Source of the DNA: the human T2T-CHM13v2.0 reference genome, Homo sapiens
Strand: one strand, 5' to 3'
Length of the DNA: 64,000 nt
Assembly: GCF_009914755.1 (NCBI RefSeq)
Contig: NC_060929.1
The notes under the pieces are model-generated. The model searched no databases and was not told the DNA's origin. It saw nothing but the letters and a program-made list of their open reading frames with translations. This document shows positions 48,125 to 61,626 of this stretch, piece after piece. The position numbers and the translations under genes are program-made. Every line of letters begins with the position of its first letter. The first letter of the stretch is position 1.

Positions 48125-48613
48125 CTAGGCAACAAGAGCAAGACTCCATCTCAAAAAAGAAAAGGAGAGAAAAGGTCCTTCCAAAGACAACAAGAGCAAC
48201 TACCCTGCTAGCGTCATGGGATGAGTCTAACCCACTGACCAGGCAGCACTGGCAAGCGGTGGGGCCAGCCATGTCGGTCACTTGTATGCAAGTGCTCAGT
48301 GTCTGGGATGTTATATGCTCCAGCAGGCACTTGATAAACCACTTCCCCTTTTCCTTCTGGCCTTTGCTGAGTCAAAAGTTTCAGCCTGTTCTCTGGAGTA
48401 TGGGAAGAGTACTCCACCTGAACGCCTGCATGTGTAGCGTAGGCTGTTCCCACGGTCAGTGTCAGGGTGTCCTCTTCAAGGGATCCGGGCACCCTGCAAA
48501 TGTTCTTGTTCCAGCCACAAACCTCTCTTCCTTTAGCCAGGTCCTGAAGCTTTCCTCTTTTAGTGTGGGGCTTTCATTATGATTTATTCTTAAGTCCGAA
48601 TGTTATTTGGTAG

Positions 48614-49174
<561 letters not shown>

Positions 49175-49576
49175 TGAGCCATCATGCCGGGCCCATTCTC
49201 TTTAAAAATCTCCTCTTTATAAATCTCTTTATAAATCTCCATCTCTGTGTTTCCTCCCAAGGTCCTCTGATCTTTGATCTGATCTTCAAATTAGTTGATC
49301 TTCAACTAATTTGGTGAATCCATTTTGTTATCAACCCCTATATTGAGTCCTTTATGTCAACTAAAAAGTTGCATATCCGTGTCTCCAGGTGGTTCTAACT
49401 GCTTATTCTTCCCTCATGTTTCCAACAGCATGCCTGGTCTCTGAGGAAACACTTCACTCCACAGGCCTATGAGCTTGGCTTCCTCAGTCATATACACACA
49501 TAATATATATCTCATATACACAGAAATTATATAAAATTGTCTATGTAATTTTTGTTGTTATATTAATTACATATAA

Positions 49577-49963
<387 letters not shown>

Positions 49964-50149
49964 TGATAAAATGTTTTGTTACATGAGTTCATTTACATTT
50001 ATTGATATAATTTATATTTCTGGTATTTTGATCTCAACCCTCTTGTGCAATATATTTCATATTTACTCTTCAATGCTTTACTTTTACAGTGCTTCATTCT
50101 CTGTACGATTGTGTTTATTTTTATATTTCTTGAGAATAATGGTAAGAGG

Positions 50150-50843
50150 GGAAAAAAAGCCAAGATCTCAAATTAACAACCTAACTTAAAAACTTAAGGA
50201 ACTAGAAAAAGAACTAACTAAACACAAAGATAGCAGAAAAAAAGGAAATAATACAGATTAAAGCAGAGATCAATGAAATAGAGAACAGAGAAACAACAGA
50301 GAAAATTAATGAAACCAAAAGTTGGTAATTTGAAAAGATCAACAAAATTGACAAACCTTTGGCTAGATGGACTAGGAAAAGACAAGAAGACTCAAATTAC
50401 TAAAATCAGAAATGAAAGTAGGAACATTACTACCCATTCTACGCAAATAAAAAGGATTATAAGAGGGTACTACGAACAACTGTATCCCAACAAATTGGAT
50501 AACCTAGATGACATGGACAAATTGCTAGGAACATAAAACCTACCAAGATGATATCACAAAGAAACAGAAATTCTGAATAGACCCTATGATTATTATGGAG
50601 ACTGAATCAGTAATCAAATATCTCTTGACAAAGAAAATCCCTGGACCTGACACCTTCACTGGTAAAATTATACCAAACATTTGAAGAATACGAATCCTCA
50701 AACTTTTCCAAAAGCTTGAAGGGAAAACTTCCTCATTCTGTGAGGCCAGCATTACCCCAGTACCAAAGCTAGACGAAGGCACTACAAGAAAAGAAACCTA
50801 CGGGCCAATATTCCTTAATGAACACTGATGCAAAGATCCTCAG
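50150..50843 (+). mobile_element. L1 ORF2 fragment (decayed)
   Basis: aagcagagatcaatgaaatagagaac...gaaaagatcaacaaaattgacaaacc...atgaacactgatgcaaagatcctc. Confidence 0.9.
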
Positions 50844-51202
50844 CAGGGTATGGTGGCTCACATCTGTAATCTCAGCACTATGGGAGGCTGAGGTGGGCGG
50901 ATCATTTGAGGTCAGGAGTTCGAAACCATCCTGGCCAACATGGCGAAACCCCATCTCTACTATAAATACAAAAAATTAGCTGGGTGTGGTGGCACATGCC
51001 TATAGTCTCAGCTACTCAGGAGGCTGAGGCAGGAGAATCGCTTGAACCCTGGAGGTGGAGGTTGCCAGTGAGCCAAGATCGTGCCACTGCACTCCAACCT
51101 GGGTGACAGAGGGAGGCTCCATCTCAAAAAGAAAAAAAAGGCCAGGCACGGTGGTTCACTCCTGTAATCCCAACACTCTGGGAGGCCAAGGCGGGCAGAT
51201 CA

Positions 51203-51489
<287 letters not shown>

Positions 51490-51687
51490 TCAACCTCTCA
51501 GGCTCAAGCAATCCTTGTGCCTCGGCCTCCCGAGTTGCACCACCACGCCCAGCTAATTTCTTTTTTTTTGTAGAGACAGGGTCTCACAATGTTGCCCAGG
51601 CTGGTCTTGAACTCCTGAGATCAAGCAATCCTACCACTTCAGCCTCCCAAAGTGCTAGGATTACAGACATGAGCCACCGCACCCAGC

Positions 51688-52097
51688 CTCTTAGTCTGTT
51701 TTCTGAATACCTGAAACTGAGTTATTTATAAAGAAAAGGAATATCTCGCAATTCTGGAGGCTGGGAAGTCCAAGGTCGAGGGGCTGCATGTGGTGAGGTC
51801 TTGCTGGTGGGGACTCTGCAGAGTCTGGAGCTGGTACAGGGCATCACAGGGTGGGGGCTGAGCGTGCTCACATGCTAGTTCAGGTCTCTCTTCCTCTTCT
51901 CATGAAGCCACTGGTTCTCCTCCCATGATAACCCATTAAGCGACTAACCCCTGAAGTCATTAATCCATGAGTGGATTAATCTCTTGAGGGCAAAGCCCTC
52001 ATGATCCAGTCACCTCTTAAAGCCTCCCCTCTCAGTACTGCCACACTGGAGATGAAGTTTCAACATGAGTTTTGGAGGGGGCAGACAAACCACGGCC
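51688..52097 (-). mobile_element. MST-family MaLR LTR
   Basis: ttctggaggctgggaagtccaaggtcgagggg...tttcaacatgagttttggaggggg. Confidence 0.8.
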
Positions 52098-53346
52098 ACC
52101 TCGAAACCATCTATAGGAGAGTTTCTAAAGGAGATATACCTCAAAATCAGAAAGTGCAAAAGACATGGGATATAAGAATCGGAGAGTTAAGAGACCAGGA
52201 AAGCAGGAGATTGCACTTTTTTTTTTTTTAATTAACAGCCATTTGGAACCAAAATTCCAAGTAAATTCTGTTGATTTCTTGTTCTACCCCTTCAGGATGA
52301 TGGTGAGGACAGGCTACATATAATAGCCCCTACAGCATACTAAGAGAATCCAGGTCCAGGATTCCAGATTTCTGGAGATTTCTACCAAGTAGTGGTGCCC
52401 AAGATCAGCTGTGATGATGAGGATGTGCCATTGCATGGCACGTGGCCCAGAGTCACCAGTTTATTACATATTGGTCATCTTCACTACCTGACTTCACACA
52501 AGTCAATCCAGGGTTTGCCTAGTTCCCTCCTAACGCCTTCTCTCTCCACAAGATCCGCTCCTCCTATGCTGACTGATTTGTTGGCCAGATGCAATGGCTC
52601 ACACCTATAATCCTTGCAATTTGGGAGGCCGAGGCGGGAGGATTGCTTGAGCTCAGGAGTTCACGACCAGCCTGGGCAACATGGTGAAACCCTGTCTCTA
52701 CTAAAAATACAAAAATTAGCCAGGCATGGTGGCATATGACTGTAATCCCAGCTTCTCAGGAGGCTGAGATTGCAGTGAGGTGAGATTGCACCACTGCACT
52801 CGAGACTAGGCAACAGAGTAAGACTCATCTCAAAAAACAAAACAAAACAAAATACCAAAAATACCGCCAAAAACTAGCTGGGCATGGTGGTGTGCACCTG
52901 TAGTCCCAGCTATTCCCAGCTATTCAGGAGGCTGAGGTGGAAGGATCACTTGAACCCAGCAGCCAGAGGTTGCAGTGAGTCAAGACGGCACCACTACACA
53001 CCAGCCTGGGTGACAGAGCCAGACCCTGTCTCTAAATAAATAAATAACCTGTGATGTTTCTCCTCAATTTGCTAACTTAACCATTTAATGCTTCTACAGA
53101 CTAGATTCTCCCTCTGATCACAACTTCCCACTTGTATGAGTTAGGATTAGGTTTGGCTGTGAGCAAAAGAAAACCTGCAACAATGCATACACAGTGGCTG
53201 ATTTCTCTCCCATGTAAATGCTGTCCCCAATGCCAGTGGGCCCAGCGACAGTGGAGGTCCACTCCCCAGATGGCTGTGTGCCCAGCAATCTGCTGCCTGT
53301 GGGTGCATTTGCAAGGGTCTACAAAAATAAGTAATTCAGAATCAAT

Positions 53347-53652
53347 GTTGTTGGAACTTTAAATTACTTTGAGCCTTAAAGGAATGTGATTATGGAGGCT
53401 GAGTCATGTGGTAGGCAGCTGTAACCTAGGCAGCTGTAACCTTTGTTCCTCTGATTATAGATTAGCCTTTTCTTTACCTACATTGTTTTGTAAAATGTTG
53501 CAAAAGACTAGGGCTCCAGAAAAGATGCTTTTCCTCTTCAACTTGATCTTCATTATAGATTAACTTTCCTCTTAACTACTTCTATGACCTCATGACTATC
53601 ACACTGTCTAAGATGGAATGTTTAAATATACACTTTTAATTTGGAAAAGGAG
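53347..53652 (+). mobile_element. ERV1-class LTR fragment (LTR54-like)
   Basis: tttgagccttaaaggaatgtgattatgg...aggcagctgtaacctaggcagctgtaacctttg; family name from memory. Confidence 0.55.
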
Positions 53653-53978
53653 CCTGGATCAGAACACGTGGAAAAAGTTAATTTAAAATAAGAAAAGAGG
53701 CCAGGTGCAGTTGCTCACGCTGGTAATTGCACCACTTTGGGAGGCCGAGGTGAGTGCATCACGAGATCAGGGGTTTGAGACCATCCTGGCCAACATGGTG
53801 AAACCCCGTCTCTACTAAAAATACAAAAATTAGCCGGGTGTGGTGGCACGCACCTGTAGTCCCAGCTACTTGGGAGGCTGAGGCAGGAGAATCACTTGAA
53901 CACAGGAGGCAGAGGTTGCAGTGAACTTAGACTGAGCCACTGCACTCCAGCCTGGGCGACAGAGCAAGACTCTGTCTC

Positions 53979-54197
<219 letters not shown>

Positions 54198-54416
54198 CTG
54201 GACACAGCCACTCATGCCTGTAATCCCTGCACTTCAGGAGGATTGCTTGAACCTGGGCAACACAGTGAGACCCTGTTTCTACAGAAGTTTAAAAACTTAG
54301 GCCAGGCATGGTAGCTCGTGCCTGTAATCCCAGCACTTTGGGAGGCCGAGGCAGGCAGATCACCTGAGGTTGGGAGTTCGAGACCAGCCTGACCAACACG
54401 GAGAAACCCCGTCTCA

Positions 54417-54659
<243 letters not shown>

Positions 54660-54782
54660 TTAGGAGGCCAAGGCGGGTGGATCGCTTGAGCCCAGGAGTT
54701 CCAAGATCAACCTGGGCAGCATGGCAAGACCCCATTTCTATTAAAAAAAAAAAAAGTAAGAAAAGAAAAAACTGGAGCTATG

Positions 54783-55064
54783 GAGACATACAGAGGAAAG
54801 ATGATCTGAAGATGGCCACGTTATGATGGAATCGGAGACTGGAGTGGTGTGTCTACGAGCCAAGGAACTCCCACGTCTGCTGAGAATGGCCAGAAGCCGG
54901 GAACAGGAAGGGAAGGGCTCTCCTCTACAGCCATCAGAGACAGCGCAGCTCTGCCAACACCCTGACTTGAGACTTCCGGCCTCTAGAACTGAGAGCCAAT
55001 CACTTTCTGTTGTTCAAGCCCCTCAGTTTGTGGTCCTTTATGGCAGCCCTAGGAAACCAATGTA
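54783..55064 (+). mobile_element. MLT1 MaLR LTR 3' part
   Basis: gacttccggcctctagaactgagag...cagtttgtggtcctttatggcagccctaggaaac. Confidence 0.8.
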
Positions 55065-56238
55065 AGCACTATGTAACATACTTATTTCACCCGATCTCTC
55101 CACTAGACTATGAGCTCCATGGGGACAGAGATCTTTGTCCCTTTTGTCCTCTGTTGTATCCCCAGTGCCTAATGCCGTGTGTGGCACAGAATGGACTGTG
55201 ACCATCAGCGGCAGTCTGGAGCAGACCTATACATGTCAGAAAACTCACCACACGGAGGGGATAAAGGCAGGGCTGCTTTTAGCCACAAAAGAACAGAAAA
55301 CATGACTCACAGTAGTTTGAACAAATAGGCATTTTTTTTTTTAACATAAAACCCCTGCAGCTGGCAGTCCGGGCTGGGCAGCACCTCAGCCACGCCAAGG
55401 ACTCTCCCTCCACCAGGCTCCGGGTGCTCCACTCAGCCCTTGTGGTCACACGGGGGGTTCTGCATGCCAGGGGTCCCTTCCACATTCCAGACAGGAAGAC
55501 GGGAGCGGGCCCGGCCACACCAGCTGCTGTTAGATCTCCTCACCTGGGGAAACCCAGAGGAACTGGAGGCCCTCGTCGGCAGGCTCGGGCATCTGACCAG
55601 CCGCAGTGGGCACACGGCCGCCCTAGCTGGAAGGAGCCGGGAGCTCAGCCAAGTATATAGCCTTCCAGCCCGAGAGGGGAGGAAGCTGAGGGGCAGGGTT
55701 AGGAGCAGATGTGGCGTGGCCACCTGAGTGTGCGCCTCAGAGGGTGCAGAAGGACCCAGGGGTCGGTAAATGGTGCTGGAACTGGCTGGAGACAATTGGA
55801 AAAATGGATTCCCTACATCACACCCTACGCCAGCTTAACTCCACTTCGATTAAATGCCAAATTTGAAAAGCAAAATTTTAAAGCTTTTAAGCAAAAACAA
55901 AATCTTTAGAATAGATTATGAAATCACACTAAATTATAGGCTGTATATCAAATGACGTCATTGAAAAGCAAAAGCCCCCAGGCACACTGGAAGGTATGCG
56001 CCAAGGGCATATCACCAGAGGAGCCCCGCACAGGCACTCCTACACGGCCGGAAGAAAGGGCCCGGACTAAACCACCACACAGAAACACAGATGCCAATAA
56101 ACGCACACACATCCCAACATGGCTAGCAGAGAAACAAACGAAAGCTTTTGCATCCACCTGTCAAAAATGGAAAGCTCTGACTATATCAGGTGCTGAGGGA
56201 CAGAGGGGATCTCGGCAGGTGCCACCCCACTGTGGTCA

Positions 56239-56569
<331 letters not shown>

Positions 56570-57225
56570 TCAAAAATAAATAAATAAATAAATAAATAAA
56601 TAAGACACATCCAGGAGTGCTTAGAGCAGTATCATGTAGCAGAGCAAAAGCCCTAAACCACCTCCAATCAGCAGCAGAATGGAGAAACTGGAGTCTGTTC
56701 ATACCTCACAGTGAGAAACACCCATCTTGAGCCACATGTAATCCAAAGACTCACCAACCATGCTGAATTGCAAAAGTTGAGGAATACGTCCATGTACCAC
56801 TTAGTCTTCAGAAATTCAAAACAATACAATGTATGTAGAGATACATATCCCTGTGGTAAAAATTTTCAGACAGACACAAAAAGTCAGATCCTGCAGCAAT
56901 CACCTTTGGCAGGAGGAGACAGAGGGATCCAAGTGCGTCCGTGATATTTCTCACGTCGCACGGCAGGTCCATAGCCACACATTCACGTTTAACTTTTGTA
57001 TGATGAAATACCTCAAATTTTTAGACACACATGGCAAAAACATAGACTATGGCATCACGGTCCTGCGTGTGTGAAATGCGGATGTCAGAATACACATCGA
57101 TCGTTCTAGGGAAGCACCTCTAGGTATGAATTTTGAAACAATCAACTTTTCTTAGGTACAACAAGGCTATGTTCCAATGGAAAGGGGTGCCCACCGTGAC
57201 AGCCAAGTAGAGACCGGCACGATCA

Positions 57226-57341
57226 CTTTAACCCCTGCTGCCACAGCATGGGACCTTTAACACCTGCTGCCACAGCGTGGGACCTTTAACACCTGCTGCC
57301 ACAGCGTGGGACCTTTAACACCTGCTGCCACAGCATGGGCC
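57226..57341. repeat. 29-bp minisatellite, 4 copies
   Basis: Unit CTTTAACACCTGCTGCCACAGCRTGGGAC at 57226, 57255, 57284, 57313. Confidence 0.95.
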
Positions 57342-58802
57342 CTAACTCCGTCTTGTGCTCAAGCTTGGGTACCTGTTAAAACCACTGCAGGGGCTTTTGA
57401 AGCCACCCTTGCCCCAGCTCCACCTGACACACTCAGCCAGAACTGGAGAAGAAGGCAGGCTCTTCTCAGTTCTCCAGGGAACTCCAATACACAGCCAAGG
57501 CTGAGAACCATCTAGTATGGGACACTAATTGGCCTAGTAATTCAGGAATTCGGTGAAGACCAATTTAGAGCCAAAAATTAAAGGTGAAGCCTGGTGAGCG
57601 TGGTGCCGATGACGTGATTGTAGCAGCCGTGGAGAGCTCGTCTCTGGGCCTCGGCTCTACACACCTGGCCTAAAGCCCTCCAGCACCTGACAGGTGAGCG
57701 TCGTGGATGAAATGAGTTATGTGCCTCAATCGCTCCGAAGCAGGGCCTGTCATAAACACACGATCTGCTACCTTTTCAAGGAAAGGAACTGCTTTGGGAA
57801 AAGTGTTAATAAAATACTTCAATAAGGAGGATCATGATTACTCTTCAGGCTTCACGAACAGGCTCCCAAACCCGTGAAAGCAGCACAAACTCGAACCTCT
57901 CAGTCACTGTGTGGAATCTCTAGACGTCTAACCTGTTGAAGGAGGAAACACAGAGGACACGAGAGGCGGGTGACAGTGGACCAGTGAAGAGCTCTGGAGA
58001 ATGAGAGACAGAGGGTAAAGTCCTTACTCTCACTCATGTCTCTCTATATTTTTTGCAATGATAATCTGTTTGATAGTGTTAATTACCAAAAGCCTGGCTG
58101 CTGAAAGGAGGGACGGCTGGCTTCTAAGGTGGGAGATTCAAATGCAACTGAACGGGGAGTGGGAAGGGGACGAGGAAGACAAGATCATCGGCTCAGCAAG
58201 GTGTCCAAGGAGGGCTAGAGTTGGGATCAGAGCCAGAGGGGTGGCTTGGGACGGGACGGGACATGCTGCTCCACGGCGCGAGGTGGAGGCAGCCACAGCT
58301 GGGGGCGACGATTATGGAAGCTGCCGGGGGTGGTGCCATGCCTTCAGCTGCTGCCTTTCCTCCACTCCCCGTTATCATCTTTGTCCCCTGAGGTGCCCCA
58401 AAGGGACTGCCACAACCACCCCCACCATCCTCCAGCCCCTTGCACATCATCCCAGAGCCCCCCGGAGTTCCCCGTCAGTGTACCCGCCTGCCCAGCCAAG
58501 CCTCCACGTGGTGCCCCTTACCACCCATCCTTTTACCCAGAGGCCCAGAGCATGTGGGAGACAGCACAGGGCCCCATCCCCAAAACATCACTTGCCAGGT
58601 GACACTGGGCAAGCTGTACTTGACCTCTGAGAGCCGTGTGTCCCCAGCTGGGAAACAGGGCAACCCATCCCATCCTCCGGGACTCTGCAGGTCAGAGCAG
58701 ACGAGCTGAAAGCTCTAAAGCACTGGCGGGCTGGAAGTCATTAGAAGAGAAAGCAAAGCAAGCCCCTCAGGACAGTCACACGGCTGAGGTTGGGTATTTC
58801 AC

Positions 58803-59199
58803 TTTATTTAGCAAACGGTCACACTCGGCCCCACCACACCGCGCCTGCAGCCTCACTTGAGCATCTGTCTCAGGAAGCAGCTCAGGGTGAACAGGAAGGC
58901 CTGGGTTTCCCAGTTCAGGCCTTATCCGTCGCCACACGTGCCACACACCACAAAACAAAATCACTTCCCCACGTCCTCAGGAGCCCACCCCAGTGTGGTC
59001 CGGGGGACCCTCCAGTGTTCAACAGCTGCCTGCAGGGGCCACAGCCCATCTGTAGACACAGACCCCTGCTCCTGAGACACCAGCCCCAGGAGAGCCTCCG
59101 TCTCCAGCTGTGGGGGGTGCCAGACCCTAAGCCTCGGCTCTGCCACCTGTCCCTGCTGGGCAAGAAGCAAAATGTATGAAAATACTTTAATCATTTATT
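58803..59199 (-). terminator. LMAN2 poly(A) signals
   Basis: Minus-strand AATAAA at 59194-59199 (plus ATTAAA 59186-59191) and 58803-58808. Confidence 0.75.
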
Positions 59200-59308
59200 T
59201 GAAACAGTTAAGAAATAAGGTCATCTTGTTGTTCTTTTATAATCCCGGTAAAAAAAAAAGTTCACATTGGCTCCTGGGCCCAGGGACAGGCCCCGCCGGA
59301 GGCGCCAC

Positions 59309-59469
59309 TCAGTAGAAGCGCTTGTTCCGCTCCTGCCGCTTCTGGAACACCACGGCCCCCACCACGGCGCAGACAACGATGCCCAGGAGAGCGCACAGCA
59401 GCAGCAGGAACACCCGCCACCCCGTCAGGGGCCCGCTGCGGAAGTTCCCCGTGGGGTCGTCCACGTTGT
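59309..59469 (-). CDS. LMAN2: LMAN2 (VIP36) last exon coding part: TM helix and cytosolic tail
   Basis: (D)NVDDPTGNFRSGPLTGWRVFLLLLCALLGIVVCAVVGAVVFQKRQERNKRFY*; pyrimidine-rich acceptor at 59470-59471. Confidence 0.96.
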
Positions 59470-61506
59470 CTGGGGGAGAAGAAACGGGGGAGCTGAAACG
59501 GCAGCACGGGCCGGGGATCAGGGGGCTGCAGGAGGGCAGTGGGGATGGAACAGGACAGCCGGCCACGGTGGGCAGGCCGGTCGTACTCACCCCCCTCACC
59601 GGGGAGGGGCAGAGGTCAGGTGAAGCCCATCCCAGCCAGCTCTGCAGTCCCCAGGGCAGGGTGGGGCAGAGAGAGGACCAAGCCCACAGGGACCCGGGAC
59701 CCCAGCGACAAGCCTGGGCTGCCTTCTGCTGCAGGAAGCCAGTTAAAACCAGACTCCTGGGCTCCTCTGAGTCCAACTCTGGATAAGGGGAGGCCCAGGA
59801 GTCTACATATCCAAGCCCCACCCCCACGCTGTGGTCTGAGGGCCCTTTCTGGAGCAGCGCGGCCCTGGTCACAGGCTCTCCCAGCCCACAGCTGGATGCT
59901 CTCGGCAGCCCCCCAGGAGGGTCTCCCAGGACCTGAGTCCCACACTCCACCCCAGCCCACAGCCTCTCTCCTCCACACAAGGTTCCCACAGGTCCTGCCC
60001 ATCCTGGGATGGGGCCCACTGGTACGCTCCCTTGTACAGGCGGAGAGAAGACACTGACTTTCCCAAGCTCTCCAGGCTGTGGGTGGAGGAGCTGGGGTCT
60101 GGCTGGGCCCTGTTTCTGCCACTCTGCCTCCCTCCCTGACTGCGGCCCCCCCGACTCCACACTGTACAGTCTCCTCAGGCGTCCCCACACCCAGGCCTCG
60201 GGCCCAGGCCCTGCCTTTCAGCGACGTGCATGCCACCCTCTTGCCAGCCACAAGCCAACCTCCATCCTCCCTTCCTGCACAAGCTGCCACCAGCAGGCCT
60301 GCTGACCACTCTCGCCCCAGCCTCTGCTCTGCACACCGACAGCAGCGGCCACTGACCGAACGCGGAGGTCCCTAGGGATGGTGCTTCCCCAGAAAGCCAC
60401 TCAGCCTCAGGGCTCTCACAGCTCCCTCTGTCTCCCTGTCTGCCGCAGACCCTAGAATGAGCCCCAGGGGCAGGGCCTGCCTGATCTCGTGTCTCCAGCA
60501 CCCAGCCCATGGCTAGGCACAGAGGGCAGCTTTGGTCACATCTGAAGGAACAAATGGATTGAATCTAAAAACGAGTTCATCCTGCCTTGCCAGCTGCACG
60601 GGATGCTGGGTGGGCAAGGCAGGTGCCACCTCTGCAAACACCCAGCAGCTGGCAGCCTTCTGACCAAAGGTTGCAGCAAGGTTTGTGTGGTCCCCAAAAC
60701 ATTTCAAAATAATCTGAATCTTTAAAAAGTGAACTGTCACATAAAACACTGGATCTTGGCTTCTCCTGAAAAGCAGAAACACGCGGCCAAACTGGCCCAC
60801 ACGGCATGGGGACCCAGGGCTGGGCTACGACAGAGCCCGCGCCGTGCACTTCTGTCACTGGCTGGACCCCCAGGCACACATCTGTGGCTCTTAGGGTGGA
60901 CTTCTCCACACACAGATGCCTCATTCCTCCAACCACAACGTTCACTCTGTGAGGAAAGGGGTAGCTAATTAGTGCCATGGGAAGAACCCAGGCTTCGGGT
61001 TTTGTAGAAACCCAATTTCCAATCTTGCTCTCTCTCTCCTTCTAGCTAAGGAATCCACCCCCTTGACCAGCAGCACGACTTCTTCCAGGTGGCTCACAGA
61101 AGGGACAGGTGGGCCAACATACCCAGCCCCCTGGCTCTGCTGGCCACTGCCCCAGCACCTAGTGAGGGAGGATGCTGGCCCACCACTCACACGTTTGTTG
61201 ATCAGCCACTGCTTGCTGCCACAGCACTCACGTGACTAGGATGTCCTCAGGGACTGACTCTCTGCAGACTTCTCTTCCGCCTCATTCATTTACTCAAAAA
61301 CTTGCCAGAGCTGACACGATCCAAGCCCAATACTCTAGGAGCTCGGACAGGGCCAGCCAGTGCCGCTTGCCAGGACCGGGCTGATCCAAGAGCCCAGACC
61401 ACAACCACCACAACCACGACTGGACCACAAGACCCGCCAGGCTGGCTTCACCCCATTCTGGGTCAGGCCGCCCAGGCCCAGGCAGGGCGGGGCTGTGCAC
61501 ACGCAC

Positions 61507-61626
61507 CTTTGGGCGACTTGAGGAAGTTGACGCTGGGCTCGATCTTGGTCCAGTCGATGCTCTCCTCGTCGGGCGTGTGCTCCACCATCAGCTGGAACAG
61601 CTTCATGGAGATGATGTCATGATTGT
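61507..61626 (-). CDS. LMAN2: LMAN2 penultimate exon (120 nt); upstream exons lie beyond the window
   Basis: (D)NHDIISMKLFQLMVEHTPDEESIDWTKIEPSVNFLKSPK; ctgcag| acceptor, gtgcgt donor. Confidence 0.96.

Noticed and set aside
50309-50536. Active L1 ORF2
   Set aside because: Short, frameshifted fragment without endonuclease or full RT, truncated by Alus
55953-55960. Isolated CRE palindrome TGACGTCA
   Set aside because: A single 8-mer within old repeat-derived sequence is expected by chance in 64 kb
57226-57341. CRISPR-like array (29-bp repeats)
   Set aside because: Units are contiguous with no spacers, there are no cas genes and the context is mammalian; it is a minisatellite
59309-60190. 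293-aa minus-strand ORF as a separate gene
   Set aside because: Only the last 54 codons are LMAN2; the rest is a GC-rich intron open by chance upstream of a strong acceptor
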